A stretch of 64,000 bases of DNA from Prochlorococcus sp. AG-418-O03 (GTDB lineage Bacteria > Cyanobacteriota > Cyanobacteriia > PCC-6307 > Cyanobiaceae): assembly GCA_003213855.1 (NCBI GenBank), contig QCMJ01000001.1, forward strand, positions 88,500-152,499, written 5' to 3'. Of this stretch, positions 63,403 through 64,000 are shown piece by piece; the stretch's first letter is position 1, and the number at the start of each line of letters is the position of its first letter. The position numbers and the translations under genes were made by a program. Under the pieces are notes generated by a model. The model made no database searches. It saw only the letters and a list, made by a program, of their open reading frames with translations, and was not told the origin of the DNA.

Positions 63403-64000
63403 GTGCCCGGCATTGTTTATTTAGTTGGAGCAGGTCCTGGTGACCCTGAGCTTCTAACTTTAAAAGCTTTACGCCTAATAAAAAATTGTGATGCATTAGT
63501 ACATGATGCTTTGATCCCGGATGAAATAACAAAAGAGGCAGGAAAACATACAGAAATTTTCCATGTAGGTAAAAGAGCTGGAAAGTGTTCTGTACCTCAG
63601 AATGAAACTAATGCTCTTATTTTGAAATTGGCAAAAGAAGGCAAAAATGTTGTAAGGCTTAAAGGGGGAGACCCATTCGTTTTTTCTAGAGGTGGTGAAG
63701 AGGTATCGATTTTAGAAAAAAATGGAATTTCAGTTGAAATAGTTCCTGGTATTACTTCTGGAATAGCTGCCCCTACATATTTTGGTATTCCACTAACCCA
63801 TAGAGATGCTGCGAGTTCCGTAACTTTCGTCACTGGACATGAGCGTGTAGATAAGGAAAAAAAGACAGTGAATTGGAGAGATTTAGCTAAATCATCAGAT
63901 AGCTTAGTAATTTTTATGGGTATAAAAAATATTAAATTTATTGTGGAAGAATTAATTCTAGGTGGTTTAGATAAGAGTACTAAATGCGCTGTTATTCAAG
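63403..64000 (+). CDS. cobA: Uroporphyrinogen-III C-methyltransferase (partial, runs off the window; missing from the ORF track)
   Basis: Manual translation from GTG 63403: MPGIVYLVGAGPGDPELLTLKA...VGKRAG...RLKGGDPFVFSRGGEE...VPGITSGIAAP...THRD; GGAG upstream. Confidence 0.95.
   Translation, partial: MPGIVYLVGAGPGDPELLTLKALRLIKNCDALVHDALIPDEITKEAGKHTEIFHVGKRAGKCSVPQNETNALILKLAKEGKNVVRLKGGDPFVFSRGGEEVSILEKNGISVEIVPGITSGIAAPTYFGIPLTHRDAASSVTFVTGHERVDKEKKTVNWRDLAKSSDSLVIFMGIKNIKFIVEELILGGLDKSTKCAVIQ

Noticed and set aside
1330-63833. Numerous 60-130 aa ORFs overlapping real genes (e.g. 1330-1542, 8791-9033, 23493-23813, 30756-31154, 33865-34197, 55141-55470, 62786-63169, 63597-63833)
   Set aside because: All lie antisense or out of frame within strongly supported genes and lack recognisable motifs; treated as shadows.
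1-64000. tRNA/rRNA genes, integrases, IS elements, prophage, defence island or a novel multi-gene system
   Set aside because: No cloverleaf, recombinase or transposase motifs seen. Intergenic gaps are all under about 340 bp, composition is uniform and the genes are housekeeping. A short ncRNA could still be missed without covariance-model searches.

Overview
AT-rich (roughly 30% GC by eye), very gene-dense bacterial chromosome segment. Gene content and order match the core backbone around the replication origin of a high-light Prochlorococcus marinus (inferred from recalled synteny, not a database search). The order is cbiD-dhsS-...-pdxA-accB-efp-gap2-murCB-dnaJ-grpE-argH-ftsY-nusB-queG-topoisomerase A-purF-purL-dnaN | oriC | thrC-recN-uvrA-sps-mraY-argG-rpsF-aroE-dnaK-purU-clc-acnB-aroG-sigma-ppk-MFS-cobA. 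I found no tRNA, rRNA, CRISPR array, transposon, prophage or genomic island, and no convincing new multi-gene system. The best signals are non-coding: (1) a dnaA-less oriC upstream of dnaN with an AT-rich tract, a (TAG)4 DnaA-trio run, tandem DnaA boxes and three more boxes spaced exactly 31 bp apart; (2) an S6:S18-type RNA structure in the rpsF leader; (3) mutually exclusive hairpins upstream of the RNA-binding-protein gene; (4) a palindrome overlapping the uvrA -10 box; (5) a K-box-like element before dnaK. There is also an uncharacterised small-gene cluster containing an HNH nuclease at 2.3-4.5 kb.
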